Part shown: positions 9,210-18,257 of the stretch, one piece after another
Numbering within the stretch: position 1 is the stretch's first letter
How the letters are laid out: the number at the start of each line of letters is the position of its first letter
Source of the DNA: Ignavibacteriota bacterium
Lineage (GTDB): Bacteria > Bacteroidota > Ignavibacteria > UBA10030 > UBA6906
Assembly (NCBI GenBank): GCA_963801355.1
Contig: CAWDEM010000008.1
Span: 1,536,001 to 1,600,000 of the forward strand
Direction: 5' to 3'
DNA length: 64,000 nucleotides
Notes under the pieces: generated by a model
The model's input: the letters and a program-made list of their open reading frames with translations, nothing else
What the model was told of the DNA's origin: nothing
The model's database searches: none
Program-made: the position numbers and the translations under genes

Positions 9210-10034
9210 TCAGACCCCGGGCGCGAGCGTAATGATCTCGTTGGGCTCGTTCCAGTAACTGTCCACAACCCGGAGTTCCCCCGCACCGACGGCATGCAGT
9301 CCCTCCCGCATGGTCGTGCGTGCCTTTTCAATTGTATTGCATTGCCTGCTGATATGCGCCAGCACGACCGCCCGGGGAAGCTCCCGCGATACCGCCAGTA
9401 TCTCCCTCATCAATGACGCAGATTGGTCGTTCGACAGATGGCCGATATCCCTGATTCGTCTCTTCAACCAGTCGGGACGTGTGGAGTTCTCCAGCATCAC
9501 CGTGTCGTGATTTGACTCCAGCACGATCGCCTGGGCGCCGGAAAAGCTCCCGGCCAGACCGTCGGTCGCGAACCCGAGGTCGGTGGATATGACTGCGGTC
9601 GTCGTGCCCTGGAGAGTGGTATCATGGATCGCGTACCCGAAGCAACCCCCCGGAGCGTCATGCGGGACGGGGAATGACTCCACGTCAAAGCCCGCAACTG
9701 CGCCAACACCGTCCTTCAGTACGCGCAACAATCCCTGATGTGCGGCCTTGCGTGCCATCGCATACTGCTTCTCCAGTACGGCCGCGATCGGGGCAGGACA
9801 GTACACGGGAATCCGGAGTTCCAGCACCCGCTTCAACGTTTCCGGATGGACGTGGTCTCCGTGGGTGTGGGTGATCAGCACTCCGCCCAGCGTGCGGAAT
9901 TGTACGCCGGACGCATCGAGATGCCTGCTGATGTACCGCTGGCTGAGCCCGATGTCCACCAGCAACGACCGGCCGTCATTCCAGAAGACTGTGCTGTTGC
10001 CGGCGCTCGAACTCGCAAGAACCCGAAGATGCAT
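9210..10034 (-). CDS. MBL-fold metallohydrolase (YycJ/WalJ-like)
   Basis: LASSSAGNS, THTHGDH, VPHDA, TDLG, LESNHD, GHLSNDQ and LAHIS. Confidence 0.85.
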   Translation of the reverse strand: MHLRVLASSSAGNSTVFWNDGRSLLVDIGLSQRYISRHLDASGVQFRTLGGVLITHTHGDHVHPETLKRVLELRIPVYCPAPIAAVLEKQYAMARKAAHQGLLRVLKDGVGAVAGFDVESFPVPHDAPGGCFGYAIHDTTLQGTTTAVISTDLGFATDGLAGSFSGAQAIVLESNHDTVMLENSTRPDWLKRRIRDIGHLSNDQSASLMREILAVSRELPRAVVLAHISRQCNTIEKARTTMREGLHAVGAGELRVVDSYWNEPNEIITLAPGV

Positions 10035-10429
10035 CAGCTCCCCCGTTGGCCGCCACGGCGTGGGGCCCCGACACCCTGGAACCCGCCCCCGTGAAAACCA
10101 CCTCCCCTGCCGGTACCTTTGGGCCCGCCGCCGCTGACTCCCTTACGCCCCTTCCCCTTTCGCCCGCCCGGGCCGTGAGTTTCGGCTTCCGGCGGAACTA
10201 CTTCCTTTAGCGAAAGTGCGTAATCGGTGAGTTTCTTGCCGTGCAGCGCAGTCATCGCCGCACGTGCTTCATCGTCGTTCGGCATTTCCACGAAGGCGAA
10301 CCCGGAGTGATGACCGGTCACCCGATCGATATCGAGTTTTACAGACGCCACCGTTCCGTGTGCCGCGAAGAGACCGCGGACCTTTTCCTCGTCGTACTCG
10401 CGTGGGAGATTCGCGACATGGATGTTCAC
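10034..10429 (-). CDS. RRM RNA-binding protein with Gly/Arg/Lys-rich tail
   Basis: NIHVANL (RNP2) and GFAFVEM (RNP1); GTG start. Confidence 0.9.
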   Translation of the reverse strand: MNIHVANLPREYDEEKVRGLFAAHGTVASVKLDIDRVTGHHSGFAFVEMPNDDEARAAMTALHGKKLTDYALSLKEVVPPEAETHGPGGRKGKGRKGVSGGGPKGTGRGGGFHGGGFQGVGAPRRGGQRGS

Positions 10430-11211
10430 TGTTGACTCCGTTCATGTGAGAGTTCTTTTGCATCCGGGGTTACCGGCGTTGCCGCGTCACGGGAAGCCGG
10501 AGGATCCGGATGCTTCACCGGAGGTGGTGCATATCCGACCACCGATCCGGCACGAATGCGCACGAGGTATGGTGAAAGTGTCGTCCCGGGCAACGTGCGC
10601 ACACCATCTTCGATCTTGATCGGCCCGATGCCGGTGCCGGCGCCGATCTTGCAGTTCGCGCCGATTTCGATGAGACCGTAGCGGAACGTTCCGCATCCTT
10701 CGTAGGCGTGCACCGTCATCTGGCTGAATGCGCCGACGAGGGTGTTATCGCCGATGAAGATCAGCTCCGGACGGAAATGATCGAGCCAGACCATCTGCAT
10801 GATCTCAACATTCTTCCCGATGTGGGCACCCATCCACCGGTACCACCGGTTTTTGAAAGGCGTACCTTTCATGATAAATGATACACCAACCTGGCAAAGA
10901 AGCAATATCCGTCTGGGAAGCGGCAGACAGATCGTGCGCCAGTTGATGGCATCCGGTTCTTCCGGCGCCCCCAGGCCGGAGAACGTATAGTGCCGCTGCA
11001 CCGGTGTCAGGAAAGCCTCCAGGCGCTCAGTCCCCTCCGGTGTGCGCGGGTCCAGGGTGGCCACATCACGTCCCTTTCCCCGCGCAGTCTTGGATATCGT
11101 GATCGTGCGGTGGTGTTTCTTCCCCAGGTGTATTGCCCTGCGGATGATATCCACCGTCACTTCGCGCATGACCTCTTCGGGCGTTGCCGTGGGGCGCTCG
11201 TGGCTGCTCAT
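10426..11211 (-). CDS. Left-handed beta-helix (hexapeptide repeat) acyltransferase
   Basis: FKNRWYRWMGAHIGKNV, PELIFIGDNTLVG and IEIGANCKIGAG. Confidence 0.7.
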   Translation of the reverse strand: MSSHERPTATPEEVMREVTVDIIRRAIHLGKKHHRTITISKTARGKGRDVATLDPRTPEGTERLEAFLTPVQRHYTFSGLGAPEEPDAINWRTICLPLPRRILLLCQVGVSFIMKGTPFKNRWYRWMGAHIGKNVEIMQMVWLDHFRPELIFIGDNTLVGAFSQMTVHAYEGCGTFRYGLIEIGANCKIGAGTGIGPIKIEDGVRTLPGTTLSPYLVRIRAGSVVGYAPPPVKHPDPPASRDAATPVTPDAKELSHERSQQ

Positions 11212-12638
11212 GACCGTTCACCGTTCGCGAAGTGCATCGCCTCTCCCGACACGTTGCGTATCAGGCGGGCGTGCGACCGTTCACCGATAAACCGCAGGAG
11301 AATCTTGTACGTGTCATAATCAAATCGTTGTGAAGGGCGCATGTCGAACTGTTCCGTCCCGTCGCCAAACCGGCCCGAACCGACGAGGCACCAGTTGTCC
11401 ACAAGAAATGCCTCGCCTGACTCGCCGTCGGGGGCCTGCTCCTGCAGTACGATGGCGCCTTTGAAAGGCCACGCCTTGACTTTGCGCCCGGAGAACGCGG
11501 CCTCGACCCTCATGTTGTAGAGGAGGGCGGGTTCCTCTCCCACGCAGGCACCTTCGCACGTATGGATCTGATAGCCGAAACAGGGCCCGCGTCCGGATTC
11601 CAGACCGATGAGCCTGTGGCACAGGTGATGCTCCCTGGCGGCGTCGCGCAGAAACTCTTCAGCCTGTCTCTGCGATTTGAACAGCGCCAGAATGTTGGAT
11701 GCAGTCGCGGATTCGATGATCTCGGTTTTTTCCAGGCGTACGGCCAGATACCCTTCGCGGGTCAGTGACTTGCGCGCAAGGATGACCCGGCGCGTGCTGC
11801 GCGACATTCTATTGTAGATCGGATGCAACTCCTTGATCAAAGAAGATTCCAGAAGGAGTGCTCCGAGTTCACCGGACGTCGTACGCGTCTCGATGCGATG
11901 CACCTGACGGCACATTTCCATCCCCCGCGCGGTCCGGTCATCCCCGGCAAAGTGCCCCTGCACGCGCCCCCGGATGTTTTTGCTTTTCCCTACATACAGC
12001 AGTTCGTTCTGCGGACCGTAGAACAGATAGACGCCGGGCGACTCCGGAAGCCCGGCCAGCATGGCCCGGTCCACATCCACCGGCAGTCGTTTCTCCTTCA
12101 TGACATGCCGTATCGCTTCAGCGACCCGGTCGGGGTCCTCCTTGTGTTCCACGCAATGGAGGAATGCCAGCACCGCCTGCGCATCGCCCAGGGCACGGTG
12201 GCGCTCCGGGCATGTAAGGCCGTGGCGATCGATCAGACTGCTCAGGTCGTGGTGCCGGTGTTCCGGATAGAGTTTTCTTGACAGCTTCATCGTGCAGAGA
12301 CACCGCGGAGAAAACTCACGGCCGGTCCTGGCAAACTCTGCCTTCAGAAATCCGTAGTCGAACCGCGCATTATGCGCGACAAAGACCGCGCCGTCAAGAA
12401 CGCGCGAGACGTCGCGGGCAATCGACGAAAACGACGGAGCGTTTTCCACATCGCGGTTGGATATCCCGGTCAGCTGTTCGATCATCGGATGAATGTAGCA
12501 GTCCGGATTCACGAGCGTGGAATACGTCTTCCGGACCTTGCCCCCTTCGACGCGAAGAATGCCGATTTCAATGATGCGGCTGTACAGCGCGCTCATGCCG
12601 GTGGTTTCAAGATCGACGATGGCCAGTGGCTCGTTCAT
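11208..12638 (-). CDS. DEDDh 3'-5' exonuclease (Pol III epsilon-like) fused to GIY-YIG/Cho-like nuclease
   Basis: VDLETTG, AHNARFD and HRALGDA; PGVYLF...LYVGKSKNIRGRV..HF; Cys cluster CFGYQIHTCEGAC. Confidence 0.88.
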   Translation of the reverse strand: MNEPLAIVDLETTGMSALYSRIIEIGILRVEGGKVRKTYSTLVNPDCYIHPMIEQLTGISNRDVENAPSFSSIARDVSRVLDGAVFVAHNARFDYGFLKAEFARTGREFSPRCLCTMKLSRKLYPEHRHHDLSSLIDRHGLTCPERHRALGDAQAVLAFLHCVEHKEDPDRVAEAIRHVMKEKRLPVDVDRAMLAGLPESPGVYLFYGPQNELLYVGKSKNIRGRVQGHFAGDDRTARGMEMCRQVHRIETRTTSGELGALLLESSLIKELHPIYNRMSRSTRRVILARKSLTREGYLAVRLEKTEIIESATASNILALFKSQRQAEEFLRDAAREHHLCHRLIGLESGRGPCFGYQIHTCEGACVGEEPALLYNMRVEAAFSGRKVKAWPFKGAIVLQEQAPDGESGEAFLVDNWCLVGSGRFGDGTEQFDMRPSQRFDYDTYKILLRFIGERSHARLIRNVSGEAMHFANGERS

Positions 12639-13792
12639 GCATGTCCTACATGTATCACGTCATCGCCGAAGCGGGCACGGATCTTATCCACCGCTTTCAG
12701 CAGCTCTTCACGTTGTCCCCGCCGTGGATTCAGAGGGAGCTCCATCTGCGATGCATCGTCAAAATTGCAGAGGTGAACACCGAGCAGTCTCACCGCCTGG
12801 CGTGTGTCGTATGCCCCGTGGAACAGGCCCCTGACCGTCTCGAAGATCACCGGATCGTCATCCGTGGGATCGATGGTCCGCGCACGCGTGATGGTCGTGA
12901 AGTCGGCATACCGCAGCTTCAGCTGAATGGTACGGGCACGCCATCCCTGTTCGCGCACGCTTGCACAGACATCTTCCACAAGCGCATGGAGCTCCTCTTC
13001 GAGATCGGGAAGCGACCGCAGATCCACACTGAATGTTTCTTCCCTGCTGATGCTCTTTCGTGTATGCCCGACCGACACCGTGTCGCTCCCGCGGCCGTGC
13101 GCCACCTCATACAACCAGCCACCGGAGGCTCCCAGGAGGTGCACGAGCCGTTCTTCGGTGGCCATCTGAAGATCGGCGATCGTGCGGAATCCCCGCGCGC
13201 GGAGCGTCTCCTCCGTCCTGGTACCAACGCCCGGAATGACCGCGATGGAAAGTGGCGCGAGAAAGAATTCCTCCCGGCCCGCCGGCACGATGCAGACCCC
13301 GTTGGGCTTCACAGTGCCCACCGCGATCTTGGCGAGGGTTTTGCTGGTCGCCAGCGCGATGGAACAGGGCAGCTGAAATTCCTCCGCAACGAGCCGCTGA
13401 ACCGTGCGCATGAATCCCGGAAGGTCGTTGCCGTAGAGCGATTCGCATCCGGTGAAATCCATATACATCTCGTCAATGGATGCCCGCTCCACGACAGGGG
13501 CGAGCTGTTCCATCCGCTTCGCCAGCCGGTCCGAGATTTCGCCGTACTCATGATGGCTGGACCGCGCCAGGATGAGATGCGGGCAGAGACGCAGCGCCTG
13601 CGCCGTGGACATCGCGGAGCGTACACCGAATGCGCGGGCTTCGTACGATGCCGATGCCACCACACCGCGGCCGCCGGGAGCCCCGCCCACAGCCACGGGC
13701 TTGCCGATCAGCCCGGGATCCTTCAGACGCTCAACCGACACGAAAAAGCAATCGAGATCCAGATGCGCAATCTGTTTGGTTGGCGGCGTCAT
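12635..13792 (-). CDS. dinB: DNA polymerase IV (Y family)
   Basis: HLDLDCFFVSVE, ASYEARAFGVRSAM, SIDEMY, KTLAKIA, KPNG and VRLLGV. Confidence 0.95.
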   Translation of the reverse strand: MTPPTKQIAHLDLDCFFVSVERLKDPGLIGKPVAVGGAPGGRGVVASASYEARAFGVRSAMSTAQALRLCPHLILARSSHHEYGEISDRLAKRMEQLAPVVERASIDEMYMDFTGCESLYGNDLPGFMRTVQRLVAEEFQLPCSIALATSKTLAKIAVGTVKPNGVCIVPAGREEFFLAPLSIAVIPGVGTRTEETLRARGFRTIADLQMATEERLVHLLGASGGWLYEVAHGRGSDTVSVGHTRKSISREETFSVDLRSLPDLEEELHALVEDVCASVREQGWRARTIQLKLRYADFTTITRARTIDPTDDDPVIFETVRGLFHGAYDTRQAVRLLGVHLCNFDDASQMELPLNPRRGQREELLKAVDKIRARFGDDVIHVGHA

Positions 13793-13825
13793 GGTTGCTG
13801 CGCGGAATGTGCGTACGATACGGAG

Positions 13826-13907
13826 CCGGGGGATGCCGCGTGAAACAGGTGCAGCATCCCCCGTTCAAACCGATCCCGTTACTTCACCCCCTGCAGGGTG
13901 AAGCGGG
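13826..13907. other. Two GC-rich hairpins between the LPP20 gene and dinB (terminator or REP-like)
   Basis: CGGGGGATGC...GCATCCCCCG and CTTCACCC...GGGTGAAG; no U-tract. Confidence 0.45.
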
Positions 13908-14447
13908 CTACTTCATTTCCTTCTTGTATTGCTCGTACTTCTGGACCTCGGAATCAAGTTCCTTGAACGTCTCGGATGCACGGAAACGTGTGTAGAGATC
14001 CTTGTTGTTCTTGATCTCCTGCAGCAGCGTTTCATTCGCAGAGCCGATCGGGAGCTCCATCATCACAAATGCCCGGTACAGGTCTCCCTCCCTGACCGTC
14101 TTCTGATCTTTCATTTTGCTGCCGTTCATCGTGGTGGAGACCACGAGTTTTGTGGCCTGTGTGAATTGCGCCAGCAACGTTGCTTCCTGGCCTACGCCGG
14201 TTTCGTCTTCGAACCTCTTCTGCAGTGCGTTCACCTTGGTCTCCAGCATCCGGCCCAGCTCGGCACGGGCCCCGGTCGAGGCCTTGTCAATGGCCACCTG
14301 CATATCCTGCGAAGTCGCCGAGTTGGCCGAGCGCAAATACAATGGATCCTGGGGCGCATTCGGATACCAGGACGGTATCCCGCTGCCGCATCCCACCAGG
14401 CCGAACGCAACCACCACGAGCATTGCTACCAATACTGTTGTGCGCAT
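13908..14447 (-). CDS. LPP20-like lipoprotein
   Basis: MRT + hydrophobic + LVGC lipobox; PSWY, ATSQDMQVAIDKA...ARAEL; SD AAAGGAGG. Confidence 0.7.
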   Translation of the reverse strand: MRTTVLVAMLVVVAFGLVGCGSGIPSWYPNAPQDPLYLRSANSATSQDMQVAIDKASTGARAELGRMLETKVNALQKRFEDETGVGQEATLLAQFTQATKLVVSTTMNGSKMKDQKTVREGDLYRAFVMMELPIGSANETLLQEIKNNKDLYTRFRASETFKELDSEVQKYEQYKKEMK

Positions 14448-14481
14448 AGTTGCCTCCTTTGAGGAAATGTTGGTACGAGAG

Positions 14482-16005
14482 CTACTCCAGAGCCTTATCG
14501 ATTTCCGCCTTGACAAGATCGCCGACCTTCCGGGCCATCGCCTCTAACAAGCGGCTTCCCGCGTTCTGATACGTTGCACCACCTTCTTTTTCATTTTCAA
14601 GAATGACGCTCCCCAGCACCACTCCGGTCTTGCAGTCGAGTACGTGCACCACCGCACGCCCGGCACTGAAATACATTTGCGGCATCGGGTTGCTCCGCTC
14701 GGTTGCCTCCACCTGACCGATGACGGCGATCTCCGCGATCTTTCCCAGCGCTCCAGTCACCGCATGGTAGTCGCCGCTGGTGATCGCTTGTGTCAGCTGC
14801 TGCTCCGGCACCAATCGCAGCACCTTTGAATCCTCAATCACGGTGTAGCGTCCGCCCACCAGCAGACGCTGGATCTGTTCCTGCACCGACGATTTCACTC
14901 GCGGAACGCCAAGATTGGATTCCACGATCCGGATTGCAACGGTCGACGAGCTCCTGCTCTTCAACAGGAACGAGAAATCCACAAACGCGGAGTTGTTGCA
15001 CCGGGCGAGATCGGGGAAGCGTCCTGCAAACGCGACAAGACCCGGCAGCGCGAGCGTCACCCGGATCCGGTTATTAGCCTCACCGGAAGTTATTTCGTTC
15101 ACCGGGATGTTGAAGTCACCGTTGGACGACGTGCGGAAATCCGTCGGCAGCTTTCCCGTGGCGGGAGGCACGAACGCCGCCGCCAGCTGCGCGTTGTGTA
15201 CCGGCACAACGCCGTGGTCAGACCTGTACATCACCCGTCCACGGAGCGGCTCTCCGAGCGCTTTGGCGCGCTGGGCTTCCTGGCGATCACCCCTCTGAAC
15301 CTCGAATTGCAGCCGGCTGAGATACCCGCACAGCTGACTCTGGAGCACCGGAAGCACCGGCACGCTGGGGCCGGAGCCTTCGAGCGAGGCAGAGAGTGTC
15401 CTCTCCAGCGACGCTTCGGCCAGCGAGACGACCTTCATGGCCTCCAGCAGCTGGCCGCATGCCGTAAACGGGTCATCCTGATCCATGGCCTTCCGGGCGG
15501 CGCCGTGGTACACGCGTGCGGAAGACACCGCATCCTGCATCTTCTCCCGGAAACGCTCCTCAACTTCCGCCTGCGAGATCGCCCCGTATGCATACAGAAT
15601 CTCCGCGTCCTCGTCATACCACCGCTCCAGTACGATGCCCTCCAGCGTGGCGGTCGTGATCTGTTCCGTCGTCGACGCGTAGGCGTCGGTCACCGCAGCA
15701 TCGGTGCCGGTCATGGTCTCCTGTACGGCCCTCGTCACGCTGCTGTTGATACGGACTTTGATCTGTGATGCGATTTGCGCGCGCGCGCGCCCCGCGGCAT
15801 CCTCCCACGCAGTATCGCCCTTCCCTTCCGCCTTTGCCATTCCCAGCCCCTGATACCATCCGGCCTTTGCCGGAAGGTTCGGGAGATCCCGTGCCCAGCG
15901 CGGACGCTCCTGGGCGTTCGCCAGCCCGCCTGCACAGAGCAGAAGGCATGCGAGTAGCCGAATGCCATAACTCCATCTGCCCCGGAAACATCTGTGTGAC
16001 CTCAT
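14482..16005 (-). CDS. Secreted LPP20-domain multidomain protein
   Basis: Signal peptide; RPRW...YQGLG...ARAQIASQIKVRINS (LPP20-like); Ig-like middle; C-terminal alpha/beta domain. Confidence 0.65.
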   Translation of the reverse strand: MRSHRCFRGRWSYGIRLLACLLLCAGGLANAQERPRWARDLPNLPAKAGWYQGLGMAKAEGKGDTAWEDAAGRARAQIASQIKVRINSSVTRAVQETMTGTDAAVTDAYASTTEQITTATLEGIVLERWYDEDAEILYAYGAISQAEVEERFREKMQDAVSSARVYHGAARKAMDQDDPFTACGQLLEAMKVVSLAEASLERTLSASLEGSGPSVPVLPVLQSQLCGYLSRLQFEVQRGDRQEAQRAKALGEPLRGRVMYRSDHGVVPVHNAQLAAAFVPPATGKLPTDFRTSSNGDFNIPVNEITSGEANNRIRVTLALPGLVAFAGRFPDLARCNNSAFVDFSFLLKSRSSSTVAIRIVESNLGVPRVKSSVQEQIQRLLVGGRYTVIEDSKVLRLVPEQQLTQAITSGDYHAVTGALGKIAEIAVIGQVEATERSNPMPQMYFSAGRAVVHVLDCKTGVVLGSVILENEKEGGATYQNAGSRLLEAMARKVGDLVKAEIDKALE

Positions 16006-16018
16006 GATCCTTCTCCGG

Positions 16019-17557
16019 TTATCGAGCGATGGTTGACACCAGCATATTGATTGCGTCGTACATATCCTGATCGCGGCACTCTTCGCAAATGACTTCGCGC
16101 CCTTTCATCACCTTGCCGGTTTCCACATTGATCAGCCGTGCCGAAAACACGATGCTCGTGCCGAGCTTTCCCACGGTGCCCAGGAGCACAACGTCGGCCT
16201 TCAGGATTTTCCCCACGCTCACACCTTGATCTTCCGTCAGCCCGCTCAACTGGAACCGCTGCTCCTTGAGAATGCCCTCGATGTGATCGCGTTCGACCAG
16301 CGTCACGTAGTCCACGTTCGAGAGTGCATTGGACATCGTGCTGATGCAGACGTCGGCCACCTCGGCCGGCACGCCTTTCGCTTTGAACGAGAGAATGGCG
16401 AGCTTGACCGGAGTGCCGGGAGGGAGTGCCGGTTCTGTGCTTCCCGCGCGCGCCCGGATTCTTCCGCTCAGGGACGGCAACGCACCCGATGCCACACTCG
16501 CTTCTCCCTTGAACTGCAACTTCCAGACAGCGACCGCGCCATCGTCGCCTCCGCCCGCCAGCCAGCTGTTGTCATCCGAGACCGCCAGCACCTTCGGGCG
16601 CTGGGTCATGGTGACGGTGCTTCCGCTTTCTCCTTTGCGCAGGTCAACGAGGGCAATGGTATTGTCTTCGTCCCCCGCAACAGCCACATGATCGTTTCCC
16701 GGTCCGAGGGCCATGACTTCCGCGGTGGAGGGAGTCTTGACCTGCTTGACTTCCGCGCCGCTTTGCCAATCGTACGCGATGATGGCGCTGCGGCGCTCAA
16801 GATCACGGCCGCTCATGACGCCTCCCTTGGGCAGTGCGACTTCTTCGAGGGAGACGGCAAACACGTTTGTTGCACGATTCGTCGCCGCAGCGTGGACGAC
16901 CGATTGCGATCCGTGAAGCTCGCCGCCCGCCAGTGCCAGAGTGCGGAGCGGTTTCATCGTCGCCGGGTTCCACGCAACGACGTCACCGAGCTGCATCACC
17001 GCCACGAGTTGCTGTCCCAACCGGTCAAAACCCAGAAACAGGATATCATCGATCTTGTCGCTGGCATTGATGGTCCCAGCGGGCATCAGCCCCTTCAGGT
17101 CAAACAATTCGATCCGTTCGTCCCCGGTAGCAACGGCGAGGTATTGCTTCCCGGCGTCAATCGCCAGACGATCCGGTTTCCCCTTCGTGCGGAAGGATGT
17201 CCCGGTCGGGCCTTTCAGAAGATCGTGGATGGTGACCTCACCTGTCTTGTCCACCGCAACGTACGACCGGTCGCCGCTGAGAAAGGCAAGGAAGAGAACC
17301 GCATCTTCCAGCCTGGCGGTGCTGATCGCCTGTTTCTTCTCCAGGTCCCAGCAGTACACTGCACCGCTCTTGTCACCCGACAGGAGGAGCGACCCGTGAG
17401 AGGGGAATGCGAGCGCGGTGACTTCTTCGTTCTCCTCCGGTTGGAGGACGGCATGCGCCGTCACCCGGATATCTTGAGCAGTCACCGGGATGCTCAGCAC
17501 AAGACAGAGCAACCCGGCGGCCGCATGGAGCGGCCACCGTGTCATGGTCATTGTCAC
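16019..17557 (-). CDS. Secreted WD40 beta-propeller + CsgG/HfaB domain protein
   Basis: Signal peptide; LLSGDKSGAVYCWD and LAGGGDDGAVAVWK repeats; LVERDHIEGILKEQRFQLSGL...GKILKADVVLLG...ARLINVETG; CEEC near the C-terminus. Confidence 0.78.
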   Translation of the reverse strand: MTMTMTRWPLHAAAGLLCLVLSIPVTAQDIRVTAHAVLQPEENEEVTALAFPSHGSLLLSGDKSGAVYCWDLEKKQAISTARLEDAVLFLAFLSGDRSYVAVDKTGEVTIHDLLKGPTGTSFRTKGKPDRLAIDAGKQYLAVATGDERIELFDLKGLMPAGTINASDKIDDILFLGFDRLGQQLVAVMQLGDVVAWNPATMKPLRTLALAGGELHGSQSVVHAAATNRATNVFAVSLEEVALPKGGVMSGRDLERRSAIIAYDWQSGAEVKQVKTPSTAEVMALGPGNDHVAVAGDEDNTIALVDLRKGESGSTVTMTQRPKVLAVSDDNSWLAGGGDDGAVAVWKLQFKGEASVASGALPSLSGRIRARAGSTEPALPPGTPVKLAILSFKAKGVPAEVADVCISTMSNALSNVDYVTLVERDHIEGILKEQRFQLSGLTEDQGVSVGKILKADVVLLGTVGKLGTSIVFSARLINVETGKVMKGREVICEECRDQDMYDAINMLVSTIAR

Positions 17558-17576
17558 CCAGTTGTCCCGAATGGTG

Positions 17577-18128
17577 TTACAACAGGAAGCTGAGACCGAC
17601 TGCGAACAGCAGAAGCCCGCCCTCCTGATCCTTGTTCAGTGTAAACAGGTAGTTGCCGCCGATATCGAGTGCGGTCTTTTTCGCAAAGAAGTACTTCAAG
17701 CCGGCATTAATACCGATACTCCCTTTGTCTTCGCTGTCACTGAAATCATTCTTGAAGTATTGTGCGCCGAGATACGGAACTGCCTTGGCATTGCGCATCA
17801 GGAACGAGTAGACAATAAACGCCGTGCTGCCGAAGGTTGTCTTCGTTTCCGACTCATATTTCACAGTTCCCAGGGTGTAGTCGATGACGGGAGTGGTAGA
17901 GGTGGTGATGCTCAACGTCGGCCCGATGCCGATCTGCAGGGCGTCGGTGATGTACGGACCAATTTTCCCCGATATCATCCCGGAGCCGAAGCTCATGTCC
18001 TGACCGATCGTTGTGAAGTACATACCCTGGAACTGCAATTCAACGTCTCCCCTTTGCTGTTGGGCGAAGGCTGATGCGGCGATCAGCATGAGCACAATCA
18101 CCACTAGACCGTTGTGTGCGAAACGCAT
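17577..18128 (-). CDS. Small outer membrane beta-barrel protein
   Basis: Signal peptide ending AFA; VPYLG, GINAGLKYFF and AVGLSFLL strands; SD AAGGAGG. Confidence 0.75.
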   Translation of the reverse strand: MRFAHNGLVVIVLMLIAASAFAQQQRGDVELQFQGMYFTTIGQDMSFGSGMISGKIGPYITDALQIGIGPTLSITTSTTPVIDYTLGTVKYESETKTTFGSTAFIVYSFLMRNAKAVPYLGAQYFKNDFSDSEDKGSIGINAGLKYFFAKKTALDIGGNYLFTLNKDQEGGLLLFAVGLSFLL

Positions 18129-18182
18129 GGGCACCTCCTTGATAGTGTTGGTCCTCTAATACGGCAGTCGCTAATTTGCACG

Positions 18183-18249
18183 AATGTAAAGCATTCCTCT
18201 TCAACAAGCAAATGAAGTGCTTGCGTTTATTCGCATCAAACCGTACTTT
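18183..18249. promoter_or_regulatory. Back-to-back putative sigma70 promoters
   Basis: Minus: TTGCTT-17-TACATT (18211-18183). Plus: TTGCGT-17-TACTTT (18221-18249). Inverted repeat AAGCA-N7-TGCTT overlaps both -35 boxes. Confidence 0.5.
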
Positions 18250-18257
18250 TGTGCCTG

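Noticed and set aside
13793-13907. LexA/SOS box upstream of dinB
   Set aside because: No convincing match to a LexA motif I know; only GC hairpins seen.
7854-17557. Curli biogenesis operon because of the CsgG domains
   Set aside because: No CsgA/CsgB repeat proteins or CsgE/F recognised; the CsgG domains are fused to TPR or WD40 modules.
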